DNA of 64,000 nucleotides from Cirrosporium novae-zelandiae (Eukaryota), in NCBI GenBank assembly GCA_026023565.1, contig JAPETS010000011.1:310001-374000 (forward strand), given 5' to 3'. The position numbers and the translations under genes were made by a program. This document shows positions 42,186-54,858 of this stretch, piece after piece (within the stretch, counting starts at the first letter, position 1; every line of letters starts with the position of its first letter). A model generated the notes under the pieces. The model did not search any database, was not told the DNA's origin, and saw nothing but the letters and a program-made list of their open reading frames with translations.

Positions 42186-42401
42186 TAAACCATACAAAAC
42201 ATAAGGCTAATAAATTTCTATCGTTATACCTGCCGACTGACTCGGAACGTGGACGCACTGATTTCTGGGAATCTTTCTCACTATCCGTCGAATGTTGTAT
42301 ATTGTACTCAAAGACAACTTGCTTGGTATCGAAAACAATTCACCAACTCCCATGACCCATTTGACATAAAATTCAAACCACGATATCTCTGTATTCATTC
42401 T

Positions 42402-43437
42402 TCACTTGTATACCCCGTCAACGTTCCCAACCAAGAAACATGCTAGACCCGTCAACGCGCTCGCGGAGGCCCATACGCTTGCCCAACCAGCAGCACCATA
42501 TGGTTCTGCGCCAGCAATTGTAACATAGGTCTGCAACCATGTGTTGAATCCCGTCATGAGTACCAGGGCAGCCGTTCTCGACATTAAAACCTTGGTTCTT
42601 CTTGATTCTGCCCAAAGATTATGTTGCAGCGTCTCTCCCAGGGTGGCCTTCTCGGGGTTGAAGGGTTCCCTTACTTCCTCAACTTTCGCACCTGTAGTAG
42701 AGTTGAACAAAAACTGGGTTGTCGCAAATCCAATAGGCATCAATGTCATCACCAAGGTTGGCACATATACATCATAGACAGGTGCAATGGTTCTCAATCC
42801 ATCAAAATGTGTTACTAGATAGGTCGGTAACCATGTTTTAAATCCTGTAAAAATCACGACTGCATAGATCGCGGCTCCAAGAATCATGAGTTCGAATTGT
42901 GTTCCTGAGTCGTTGAGGATTATGCGATTTGATATGCTACCCTTGGGCGGATTTTTGTGGTGGACTGCTGATAGTGGACGCAAGAGGGCAAATGGAATGG
43001 AGACACAGGCAAGGTCGATAACAAGAGATGTTATAGCGGTAGAACCGCTGATTGTATAGAATGTAACCAGGAAATAAGCAGTTGGGGCGTGAGTGAGAAG
43101 GATCAGAGCACCTAGATCCATGCCTATCAAGTAATAGTCTCATATTAGCTATTTATTTATGCAAAATCGATTGCAATAGATATAAAGATGCGCGCGGGTT
43201 TATTGCATTGTTGTAGAATGACTTACCATCTAATCCCCAAAACCAACCAACTCCCAATTCGACCACTCTCCAAGTTAGTAGCCCCGCGATCTCAGTCCAT
43301 CCATCAAACCTGCGACTCACACCGGCTAAATCACCCGCTGTCCATTCTGAAGATATGGAATAAAATAATGATGAGAGACCCCAGCTCAAAAGAACCAGTA
43401 GAGGGAACCGAATTGGTGGAGGCAGTTTAGATGCCAT
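42402..43437 (-). CDS. Hypothetical multi-pass membrane protein
   Basis: Exons 43437-43227 and 43123-42402 join in frame across intron 43124-43226 (GTAAGT...CTAAT...TAG). Several hydrophobic segments. Confidence 0.8.
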
Positions 43438-45682
43438 CGTGATAGCATTCGCAGGCAGGCGAGAAAACTTTGCTAAAACCTTTAGCGGTCAGTCGCGTCA
43501 ATTCTGGATTATGAAAATTTGAAAAAAATTGAGTTGGTAAAGCTGAAATCGCAATCACCCCTAAACCAACCGCAGGAATGGATATATTCCCAAATATGAC
43601 TGGGGAGAATGAGAACCGAGAAAGTTGTTTTTTGTTGATCGTCGCGTGTAAGAAGAGCTTTTGAGCCGAGAGCTTGGCGGATGACATCAGGATACCATTT
43701 TCTATTTCATGCCAGTCATATTCACCACCAGCAACCAAATTCTCGGTTCCAACTTACTCCATACATGGTCATTCAAGGTAACATGGTGTTTTAAGTAATA
43801 TCCGGCATCTATATATCGCCTAATTCACCCAAGGCCGACGCGTCTTCAATGTCTAAACTCTGTTGACATCGGTCGGGGGCTTATAACCTTACATATATCC
43901 ATTCACTAGCACCATTCGCGATTAACTCTACAGAAGGAGGGCCATTTCTACCATTTTACGAAGTTACTTCTAGACATAGCGTGATCAAGAGTCTCAAACG
44001 AGTGTGCGTGCACTTATGTCAGAACCGAGACACCGCTGTTGTCCTCTTGGATTGGGAGCTTTTCATTTTAACATATTCTTGTGTTACAGACCTGCAGCTA
44101 TACCTACGAGGAATCTACACATCTGGATTTATAAACACCTTATATTTATGATTCTTCCTGATCGGTGTTAATAACCTAGGACGGCATTCAGGAAATATGA
44201 CAGAAACACTAGCTTAAGAGAGCATGTCGAATAACCTAGAATCATATTCAGATCACGCTCATTAGGGCTCTCTCCTCATGGATTGCTGACTGCTACTCTC
44301 TCGCACTAATGCTAAGCCTTGGAGAGGAAAGGGTTGCTCAAGCTCCTAAGAGTCAAACATCAGCACCCAAGGAGAACCATGCTATGATGCTTCAGCTTAA
44401 CGTAGACCTCTATGAGTCGGGGAGTACGTGTTCCCTAATATTCAATTAGCTTCCTTGAACTGGAGTTTGCCTAAATTTTAACCAAGTGATTTCTCACCAA
44501 TGATGAACGTGGCAGCCTTGATTAACTTGGCATTTGAACAGGAAACTAATCGGCTATGCATCGGCTCCCGTCCCAATCTTTGTGGAATGGTTCTCTTGCT
44601 GGAGTGGCTCATCTTATTTATCTGGTTCATGAGACTAGGAGTTATTTTTAAACTGGGTCTCATCCACAAACCATTATGCCTTGGTTATTTGACTAACATA
44701 CAGTGTTGATAGTCGGCCAAGATTCGATCGCCCCTAATCATATGAGAAGCCCAGGGCAAGACGCCTACATGCATGGAAAATACACTTCATGGACAAACAA
44801 AACGCTCACTGTAGTCCAAGGATGACGCCGATGCTTGCTTGCTTGTTCATTCAATGGCTTACACACCTTCACATCTATCGACAAAGAAGTTTAGAAAGCT
44901 CGTTAGAATGTTTGGTAGAGGCTTTTGGTAAAGCATTTAGGAGAATTCGGATGCTTCTAGGCAGTAAAAGAAGGGTTTCAATCACCAACATCTCGAATCC
45001 CCATTCCCCCCACAATGAGTCTCGCCATAATGAGATCCATCTATATAAAGACGAAATAGACGATCTACCTAACGTTTCCCATCTCTTCCACCAGACCCCC
45101 CCACCTATTACTCCTAAAATCTCAGCCTGCTACCTATAGACCTATCTTATAACCCCAACAAGAACAAGGAAAAAGCACCTAATTATATAATTTCATAAGT
45201 ATCACATTGTCACTAAGACTAATGGTAGTCTGGCAATAATAATATTGCAAGATTTTTTTATCGAAGGAACATAAGGAGCTATATGGGATTAAGGAAAGGA
45301 GGTGGAAATGGGGGAAATGAGGAAGAGGAGGAAGAACAAACTAACCAACCAAACCAACCATAAATAAAAAGAGCAGATGCTACATGCTTAGGCGCCTAGG
45401 TAACTAACGATTAATATTCCGTTCACAATAAAACCAAAGAATGAAACAAATTCAATTCAAAACTCCCATATGTAGTATCATATCATGTTTATATATTTAT
45501 GCTTCATAAAATCATGAAATCCCTTACTTTCCATTATTCATCTTTCCCAGCGATGCTCTCGTTTGTTTGGTTTTCCCTTCTTTCTTTCTTTCTTTCTTTC
45601 CATCCTTTAGAAATAATGCGTTGATCGATCGATATGAAATTTCTGTCCCTCTCTCTCTTAAAAAAAACATACCTTTTCCAAT

Positions 45683-47057
45683 TTACTGACAAACTTCCTG
45701 GTTTCCTGTCATAACCAGCCTATATCTGCATTCACTTCTCCCACACCTCTCAATAGCTTTCTTGAGCCCTACCTCCCCGATCCTAACTTCTTCAACCCAC
45801 GTCCGAACGCCCTTCTTGGCCGCCAGCTCCAACATCTCCACCGCCTCCTTCCTGCTTCCAAGATGACTGGCCCCAATCAAGCAACCATTAGCAATCTGCG
45901 TCCAGGTGCTGACCTCAGTTCCATGCTCATTCTTCGAAGGCATACCCACGGAGATCCAGCGACCATGAACATCAAGGAGAGGAAGATAGGGAGTCATTTT
46001 GACGGTGCTGGACGCGCAGTTCAGAATCAGATCAAAGGAAAGAATATGTGGTTTTTCCCAGCCCGGTTCCGTGTTGACGATGGTGCCCGTGGCACCGAGC
46101 TTGGTCGCATCGTCATCTTTCTCGTGGTCGAGACTGAAAGCCCATACTTCGGCTCCGAGGGCTTTCGCCCACTGCACCGCCAGATGGCCTAGACCTCCCA
46201 CACCCACAATTCCTACTTTCTTTCCTGGGCCGCATCCGTTTCGTACCAGAGGACTGTAGGTTGTGAGTCCCGCACACATCATGGGGGCGGCAACGGTGCT
46301 CGGAAGTTCTTCGGGTACGGGGAAGCAGTAGTGTTCGTGGATACGGACGTGGGAGGAGTAGCCACCCTGGGTGACGTAGCCGGTATCGGGCCAGACGGCA
46401 CCATAGGTGTCGAGTTGTTTCGAGCAGTATTGTTCATTGTTGGCTTTGCATTGACGGCATTCGAGGCAGGCGTAGGAGGATGCGCCGACTCCGACCCGCT
46501 GGCCGAGTTTGACCAGCGTTACTTTTGGACCGACCTTTTTGGCTATGCCAATGATTTCTGGGGGCCTGTTAGTAAAACGAGGTGAGGGAATATCTATGGG
46601 AAAGGGGTGGTAGTACCGTGGCCGACGGCGAGGGGATAGTGCTGGTCTCCCCAGCCACCGCGGATGGTGTGGACGTCACTGCCGCAAACTCCGCAGCATT
46701 CAATTTCGATGTCGACATCATAATCTCCTTGGGGTTTTAGTTTGTACTAAATAATGGTTAGAAGCTTGTATGGATTTAAAATGCGTTTATATTATGTCAA
46801 GCCGAGTTAGTTCTGCGTCATGGCTTCCCTAGCATTTGGGACTAGGCCAATTCAAGGTAGAGGTGAAAGTCTGTATTTGCAGAAACACCTTTTGCCGGTC
46901 TTGGAGTGGAAATTGGCTTGGATGGAAGTTTGTTGCAGGAAGATATAAAAACTGTCTAGGAATGTGGAGGATAACATACTGTGCGTTTGTGGAATTCGGT
47001 CCAGGTGTTAGGACCATCAACCTGAAACCCAACTGCTTCGTCAGGGCCTGCTGGCAT
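45683..47057 (-). CDS. Zn-dependent medium-chain alcohol dehydrogenase, cinnamyl-alcohol/Adh6-like, probably NADP-dependent
   Basis: True start MPAGPDEAVGFQVDG at 47057. Introns 46979-46747 and 46616-46558. Motifs CGVCGSDVH, GH|E, CLECRQC, PMMCAGLTTYSPL, GVGGLGH. Confidence 0.92.
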
Positions 47058-47542
47058 TTTTGCAATGATCAAATAAAGATATGGGTTTCAACAACAAGGA
47101 CAAGTTTTTGCAACTGGCGATGGGATGTTTTGATTTTGTCATCTTGAATAATACCACAAACCACACTTATATACAGTTTAGTCAACTAATCTAGAACAGC
47201 AATGGCAAAGGCTTTTCGTATGACTGCGGACTTTCGTATGACCGTCAATAACCACCCCACGCTCTGTCAACAGTTAAAGCGATTGAGGTTAGATGTAGTC
47301 AAAGGTTGTAGTATCGAATGTTGCACAGTTGCACAGTTGGACCCCCATCGTAACGGCCCGTTCTCCGGACGATTTTCCGCCTATGACAATGTAAGGGATT
47401 TCTCCGTTTTCCACGCCATGATATGAGTCACGTGTGAATATTGAAGACGGTAGCTTGAGATAATATTGCAAGTTGCATCTCCGTGGGGTTGATATTTGTC
47501 CTTATCGATGGTCCAGAATCATATAACTTGGGTGCGTTATAT

Positions 47543-48031
47543 TCAGGACATCCTTTTGTCCATCTGGGCATTATTTCCCTTGGGACTACGGGCGAACCCA
47601 AGGCCGAAGAGAAAGGCTATTCTGGTCATAGCACCGCAGTAGACAAATGCGATATTCCCCCAGTCAATTGAGTTCCATTTCATGACGTTCACATAAATTT
47701 CTGCCCCCAGTGGTTTGACGCTGTACAAGTGACCGAAGTCGGCAACCAACAAGCCGAACAACAATGTCTTCCAAACCCGAATATCATCCGTTGCCCGGAG
47801 AACGAGTGCCTCGTTGAGGACAAAGGCAAAGTACATGTTAGCAAGCTGAGCCAATACAATTTCCACTCCAAGAGGGAGTTGGACTTCATCGGGAGCAGAT
47901 GCTGCATGGGTCAAATGGATATATTCTTGTGGGAGGAAAAAGGCATAATAGGCGCCAAGGAAGGTGGCTACGGGTTCAATGTACAGGAAGAATAGTCGAT
48001 ACCAGAGAGGAATTGCTGTAAGAGAAGCCAT
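47543..48031 (-). CDS. Hypothetical small multi-pass membrane protein
   Basis: Intronless 162-aa ORF with about four hydrophobic segments. FFLYIEP and VLRATDDIRVWKTLLFGLLVADFGHL resemble a widespread fungal family. Confidence 0.8.
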   Translation of the reverse strand: MASLTAIPLWYRLFFLYIEPVATFLGAYYAFFLPQEYIHLTHAASAPDEVQLPLGVEIVLAQLANMYFAFVLNEALVLRATDDIRVWKTLLFGLLVADFGHLYSVKPLGAEIYVNVMKWNSIDWGNIAFVYCGAMTRIAFLFGLGFARSPKGNNAQMDKRMS

Positions 48032-49007
48032 GATGAATTATGAGATTTTGAATTTTTTTATCTGTTGGTCGTTTATCTGATCTTTGTCTTGTTTAGAAAC
48101 TTGAGAAGGTGAAAGAAATCTGGATCAGTGGAAGGTTTATTTTGTAGGGCTGACGCTGACCACTATCTACCTATGGTATGTATGTACAGTACATGTACTA
48201 ACGAGTATACTTTGTACTTTGGTACCAAATGACGATACACCCAAGAGGCCTGACACTCCTGGCACCTGGCACCTGGAAGGCCCAATTAATTCTGTTTTGG
48301 TTGTTTTGGTTGTTTTGGTTGTTGTTCTGGTTGTTGTTCTGGTTGTTCAGGCACTCTCTTTGGGTATCCTCCCCCCTTTAACCCCTACCAGTTATGCCAG
48401 CTCCCCCCCTTCCAGCCCCCCCCCGATCCCCCCTCCGATGCCCCCTCCCTTGTCCATTGTGGTTTAGTGGCCTCAGGTTTATCTTAATTTAGTTTTCTTT
48501 GAACCAAACTTTGAAGTTTCGCATGAAAAAGTCAACATTTAGCATTTGGCATTCACCAGAGAAAAGCTTGGGCTAGATAACTAATAAATTCCTCCCCCAT
48601 CTTCATATGAAGTCCTTTCGAATCGTCCTTCCTACTTACATCTTCCAATAATTGCTTTCTTTCTCTTGATCATCATAATTTTTTTTATCAACCTTCGTTC
48701 ATTTCTTTCCCTCCTCCCCAAGATTTGTCTCTGATTCAACACTCGTTGCCGTGATCCAGATAATCAAAAAAAAAAAAGTTTCCGATCTAATTGTCTTAAC
48801 TGCAGCCACCCATTGAATGAAGAACACTTCGAGATTTCAGCCACTTCACCTATAGTCACACATGCCCATACGGCTCTAAGGATTATTGCATCCTACAGAT
48901 TTTACAATTTTAGTCTTAATCTGTCACATTATCGACATTCGCTCATCTAGCAACTTCGAGAACGACTCTAACATCATTTATCGTCCGAGCTTTACTTAAG
49001 ATAAAAC

Positions 49008-51234
49008 ATGGCAACTTCAACATCTCCATCTCATCCAACCTTTTCTCGCAGACATTCCTCCTTACTCCTCAGAAAACGACCTCAGACGGCCGCCATGGAT
49101 CCATTTCCACAGACAAATTTTGGCGAATGGCATGGTTTCACCAGAGAACAGAACGAGAACAACAACATAAGAAATTATGCCGAGTGTGCTGGCCCCTCTC
49201 AGTTACTTAGCAACTACCGAGATCAAGATTCCCAAGGGGATCCCATTCCCTTCCATCGGTCTAGTAAGAGCTTCTCGGGTCTGCTCCATGGGTTGAGTGA
49301 AGTCCGATCACTTGCCCGTCGTATGTCACATTCGATTCGCCCAAAGCACCACAAATTGACAAAAATGGAGGAAGGACATGCTGCGGATGACAGTGGTTTT
49401 GAGCAAAGAGAAATTACAGAGCACAATTTTGACACCTTTCACGTGCATGAACTTGGGATTCGACGCAGCCATTCGACATGGTTTCGGAGTGCCAGAACAC
49501 CTCACCGAGCCCGCCGACCATCACTTGATGTCTTTCCACAAGAAGCGACGGAAAACCATCCCAGAGGTAGTCTACAGTATCCTAGGCCTACTGTTACCGT
49601 TAGCCTAGAACCTCCCAGCTTCAGTGAAGTCCTTTCTGGAGGCGCTGCAGCACGTGCAGCAGCAGCAGCTCAAAATGAATTTATGCGCAATGAACAATAC
49701 AAGATTGAAAGTGAAACCTGGGATAATAATGCTTTACGCGATTCGGAGAGTGGGATTGGAATAGATCTTCGGGATAAATCTGAAGGGAAAGAAGAGGAAC
49801 TCCCTGTTGTCCGAAGAGGTAATTCTAGTTGCCCTCCTGTTCTTACCTTTGCTAACTTTGCTTTAGATCCTGTGAATATTTTACCACCGGAACTCATGTC
49901 TCAAATACTATCCGAACTAGATTCCTTGTCCCTTGTCCGTGCTGAACTTGTCTCTCGAGATTGGTACAAAGTTGCGTCGTGTCGCTATGTCTGGCGCCAT
50001 GTGTTTCATCGAGAATCTGGTCCCTTGGGAGGAATCCTTCCGAAAAATCCAAAACTTCCTCGTGTTGGAGGGATGGGTATGGGGAGAGTAATACCAAACC
50101 AAGATTGGAAGCGAATGTTCCAAGTTCGAAAAGCATTAGATGATCGCTGGAAATATAGAGAGGCAGCAGCTATTTATCTTCATGGACATGCTGACAGTGT
50201 GTACTGCGTGCAATTCGATGAGTGAGTTTCGGGCCAATCCTGAACCCTTTGGTCGTGCATATCTAACTTTGAACAGGGAAAAAATTATAACTGGCTCTCG
50301 TGATCAAACTATCCGTGTCTGGGACATTCATACGTACCAGTGTACCAAAATTATCGGGCGTCCTCGACAAGCCACCAACGCCCTATCAAGCCCATCTTAC
50401 CAATCCAGTCATGGTGGCTCAGGCCCGATTGCTCAAGTTCCAACCCCTCATAATTCTGCTCTCCAAGGCCAGTACCCTGAAGAATACCACAGAGCCTCTA
50501 TTCTCTGCCTCCAATTTGACAAGGAAATCATGGTTACTGGCTCCTCGGATTGCACCTGTATCATCTGGGACATTAAACAGGACTACAAACCTATTCACCG
50601 TCTCCGTGGCCACACGGCTGGTGTTCTGGATGTTTGCTTTGACGAAAAAATCATCATCTCTTGTTCCAAAGACACTACCCTTCGTGTCTGGGACCGCTAT
50701 ACCGGCGAATTAATTACTCAACTTCTCGGCCACCGGGGTCCAGTCAACGCCGTTCAACTTCGTGGAGAACTTGCCGTCTCGGCTTCCGGTGATGGTGTTG
50801 CCAAGCTTTGGAATCTAACTTCCAGCCGATGCATCAAGGAATTTCCAAGCCGTGACCGTGGTCTCGCTTGTGTTGAATTTAGTGAAGATGGCAAAACAAT
50901 ACTCGCAGGCGGCAATGATCAAGTAATCTACCAATTTGATGCCATTACCGGTTCTCTTGTCAAAGAACTCAAAGGTCACCGTGGTCTTGTGCGTTCCCTC
51001 CACCTCGACTCGGTTAACAGACGTGTTGTGAGTGGAAGCTATGACATGAGTGTCAAGGTCTTTGATTTGGATTCCGGAGAGCTGATTATTGATTTTCCGG
51101 GATGGACAACCAGCTGGATGTTGAGTGCGAAAGCTGACTATCGGAGGATTGTCGCGACAAGCCAAGATTCAAGAACAGTAATTATGGATTTCGGATATGG
51201 AATCCCGGGGGTAGAGATGTTGGAGGGGTGTTAG
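49008..51234 (+). CDS. F-box and WD40-repeat protein (SCF substrate adaptor)
   Basis: F-box DPVNILPPELMSQILSELD...VSRDW. WD repeats GHADSVYCVQFD|EEKIITGSRDQTIRVWD, GHTAGVLDVCFD, GHRGPVNAVQL, GHRGLVRSL. Introns 49819-49866 (in frame) and 50222-50276. Confidence 0.92.
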
Positions 51235-51712
51235 TTACGATGTGTTATCGCGTCGGAGACGTTTTTTCCATGGTATGTGTACAACATGGGTGTGCAACAT
51301 GGGTGTGTATACATAAAAAGGGTATTTACGGGGTAGAATGATTGGGACGCCGGGGGGGAAATGGAATGGCATATGGATTTTTTTCAAGACGCTGGCGTTT
51401 TTTACGACGCAGGCGCTTGTTTTTTTTCTTCTCTTTTTTTAAAGGGTGACTTTTTGACATTTGAAACACCCTTGGGAAAATATTTTAGCGTTTTTTTTTA
51501 AATCTTATTAGCGATTCATTGACGGGCAGTTAGTTATTTTACATGGAAAGGTTGACACTTTTGATTTTGACTTTGGTGTCATTTTTTTTTTGTTTCATTT
51601 GTCTTCTCTCCCTCTCTCTTTCTGTCTCTCGTTTCAGAGCAAGAGCAAGATATAAAAAAAGGGGGGAGAGGAGGGGAAGAGAGAGCGGATTTAACCATAG
51701 ATCAGACAGACA

Positions 51713-51713
51713 G

Positions 51714-51748
<35 letters not shown>
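51713..51748. repeat. (GTT)n microsatellite, about 12 units
   Basis: Direct reading. Confidence 0.95.
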
Positions 51749-52075
51749 CTCATTACTACTACTGTATTTTATCTCATTTCATCATCCTGTCTATCATCAT
51801 CTGTCTTACAAACAGCACCTTCCCTCGCCAGTATATATATAATCTTCGTACTAGCTAGCTAGCTAGGTATTTCCATCCATCACTTCTATCACATCCACAT
51901 CGATATCCTCATTTTCGAAAACAAGAAAAGGGTTTTTTTTTGCAGTCTTGCATGTCGTGTCATGTATATTGACCCTTGTCTATTTAATTTATTTGATTTA
52001 TTCTGTTTCTCCCTTTTTCTTTATATTTTTTTTGTATATTACCTTTTTTCACCTTTTTATCTTTTTATCTGCTGA

Positions 52076-52080
<5 letters not shown>

Positions 52081-52107
<27 letters not shown>
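52081..52107. repeat. (AG)n microsatellite
   Basis: Direct reading. Confidence 0.9.
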
Positions 52108-52580
52108 TTGGTATGTATTGGGGGAGGAAAGAGGGAGAAAGAGCTAAAAATGCATGATCTATTTACTTATTTACCCATTTATACCTATTTATATATAAAT
52201 CATATATTCGAAAATTGAAGGTTTTTTATGTCTGTGTGTGTATGATCTTTTCTTTTGGAGAGGGGGGAAAGGGGGGGTTTGTTGGTTGTGGTGGGAACTA
52301 GGTAACTAGTAGCAACAAAACAACAAATCTCCTTTCTTCCTTTTCTTCGCTACCAATGAACGAACGGACGAGTCTGTCTGTCTGTCTGCCTTTGCTGCTC
52401 TAGTTTCTACTCTCCCCAATCAAATAATCCATCGAAATAATTCATTCATTCATTTTTTGTTTATTTCCTATCATCGTCCTATCTAAATCCCAAACCCAAT
52501 AAATTCTACCTACCATCACCAAAACAAAAAAAAAAAAAGTTAAAAAATTTCGAACGTTTTTTTTTAATTCATTTAATTCA

Positions 52581-53567
52581 TTACAGCTTAGCCTCCACAT
52601 CCATCAACTCCTTCGTCAAATCTTTAACCTCCTTGACCTTCTCAGCTGACAGCCTCTTCAGCGGCTGACGCGGGTAACCCCCATACCCGAAATAACTTTG
52701 AAGCGCGCTCTTGGTGCCCGGGATAGCGGTCCTGGTGAGGACCCAATCACCTTTACTCAGGATCTTTTGGAGCTCGATGGCCTCGTCTTTTTTGCCTTCG
52801 CGCCAGAGCGTCCATACTTTGACGCAGGTTTTGGGGGCCACGTTGGCGCCGCCGGCGATGATGCCTGAGCCGCCGGAGACGAGTGTTTGGGCGGTGAAGT
52901 CGGCCATTCCGCCAAAGGCCATGTAGCCCTTTGAGGAGCCCTTCACGTCGTTGCAGGTGAGGGCTTTGGTGGCGAGGGCCACGCGGGTCAGTTTTCCTGT
53001 GTTGGCGCAGGTGAATTTCGTGCCGACGATGTTGGGGTGTTGGGCTAGTTTTATAAGGAGGTCTGAGTCTAGGTCGATTCCTGAGACGGCGCCGGGGTAG
53101 TTGTAGATTATGATGGGCAATGGGGATTTGTCGGCTACGGTCGTGTAGTAGTTTGTTATTGCTTCTTCGTCCATGGCGTAGCGGTAGTAGGAGGGCGAGA
53201 CCAGGAGGACGTATTCTCCGCCTACGGCAGCGGATTCCTTGATTAGCGCGATGGTGCCTCGGATTGATTGCTCCGAGGCGCCGACGATGACAGGGACGTC
53301 GCTGAAGCCTGCGGAGTCTAGGGCCGACCGCGTTTCTTTTGTCACGGTGGCGCGTTCCTCGTGGGTTAGGTGTACGGCTTCGCCGTTGGAGCCCATGGTT
53401 ACTAGACCTGCGAGACCCGCTTTGGCTAGTCGGATGGCATGTGCGCGGATCGTGGGGATGTCGAGATCTTCGGTTACTGGGTCGAAGAAGGTCATTGTTG
53501 GGGCGTAGATGCCCGGTCGGAGGGGCGTTAGGGGTTTCGACCTGCTAGGGACGCTGGTTGATGTCAT
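52581..53567 (-). CDS. gaaC: 2-keto-3-deoxy-L-galactonate aldolase (DHDPS/NAL family) of D-galacturonate catabolism
   Basis: GIYAPTMTFF, GLVTMGSNGEA, IIIYNYPGAVSGIDL, and Schiff-base Lys in IVGTKFTC. Head-to-head with a GaaA-type reductase, the known gaaA/gaaC arrangement. Confidence 0.9.
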   Translation of the reverse strand: MTSTSVPSRSKPLTPLRPGIYAPTMTFFDPVTEDLDIPTIRAHAIRLAKAGLAGLVTMGSNGEAVHLTHEERATVTKETRSALDSAGFSDVPVIVGASEQSIRGTIALIKESAAVGGEYVLLVSPSYYRYAMDEEAITNYYTTVADKSPLPIIIYNYPGAVSGIDLDSDLLIKLAQHPNIVGTKFTCANTGKLTRVALATKALTCNDVKGSSKGYMAFGGMADFTAQTLVSGGSGIIAGGANVAPKTCVKVWTLWREGKKDEAIELQKILSKGDWVLTRTAIPGTKSALQSYFGYGGYPRQPLKRLSAEKVKEVKDLTKELMDVEAKL

Positions 53568-53992
53568 TGTGAAAGGGTTTTTAGGGGATCAATGTGAGAA
53601 TTTGAAAGAATAGGGGTTTATTTGGTAGGCCAAGGGGAACTTTTTTGAATATACGAGATTGGATATAAAAAAATAGATAGAGAGTTGAGGAAAGGAGAAA
53701 GAATGTCGCAGTGACTTGTCGGCTCCTCTTTAAGGAAATTGACAACGAGATCTCTATTAGCTAGGTACCCTAGGTATGTACAGTATAGTGATACAGTGAT
53801 ACTTGACTACAGCTATTAGCGGATATGTTGGAGATAGAGCGGTACCTAAAACAGTCAATTGCATCTGAAGCTTCTCGTGATGTCGGATGCTTTCAGGGCC
53901 CGGCTTGGCTTTTTTCCCATGTTCAGGGTCTTCTGAGGGAGGTTATTTCTTGGAAAGGTTTAAAGAAGTTATCCAGGAGCGGAAGGATTTGA

Positions 53993-54001
53993 TCCACCAA
54001 T
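53993..54001. promoter_or_regulatory. GARE (galacturonic acid responsive element) TCCACCAAT in the gaaC-gaaA bidirectional promoter
   Basis: Exact match to the TCCNCCAAT consensus described for GaaR-regulated pectin genes. Confidence 0.75.
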
Positions 54002-54858
54002 TGAGGTTGGGTGATGCGCCGTGGGGGTTTTTTTGTTGATGTTTGATGGGATCATGGGGGGGGTGGGTGAATGGTGGGTGGATGATGGTGGATAGGTGGA
54101 TGAAGGGCATGGAGGGGCAGAAGAGCTGTCCGATAACCGACGACATGCCAGATTGCGGGGGCCTTTAGTCTAATAAATAGCCTTTTTACGGCCTCGCTTT
54201 TTCCGCTTCTTCATTCTTCCGTTGGTTTTTAGGAAATGTCCGACAAGATTCCATTTACTATCCAGTACATCTATCACGTATATGTTGAAACAAGAATAAG
54301 AATGAAAAAAAGAATGAAAAATGAAAAATGAAAAAAGAAGAAAAAAGAAGAAAAGAGAAGACGAAAAGGAATGAATGTGACAGTGTATACTTATCGGCAA
54401 TTGAAGTCAAGTCTATAATAGTCATGGATAGATAGGTGGGGGCAACATGATGATTCAAATAACTTTAACAAGTCCCTTCAAAGTTCTTCAATTCGTTTGA
54501 AATTAACCCGGCCACCACGTCCATCCCCACCACTCCCACCACTCCCACCACGGAATATAACCCACATTCACCTTACTAATAATACTCCATGAGAAACTAA
54601 AAGCCCTTTGGGGGTTCGCCCAGTATCCATGTTGTCGGACCACTCTGCTCCCACCTATGACTGGATGCTCTATCATGAACTGCCACAATGAACCTCCACG
54701 CTTCATCGAACAATTTCACCGTTGTAGCTCAATGTTTCAAGACATTGACTTTTTATTTGTCTTCTCTTCCCTTTCTTAAACTGTTTGGTCTCAATTGCAA
54801 TCCTCATTGACCGTGAATCCCTCCAGAAACATCTCAAGTAATCAGTAAATAGTTCATC

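Noticed and set aside
43900..45140. Possible degenerate gene or transposon relic
   Set aside because: Only short ORFs, with no recognisable domain, terminal repeats or target-site duplication.
46829..47065. ORF-track N-terminus MQKCQQAL for the alcohol dehydrogenase
   Set aside because: Wrong frame. ATG 47057 (MPAGPDEAVGFQV) splices in phase to the catalytic exons.
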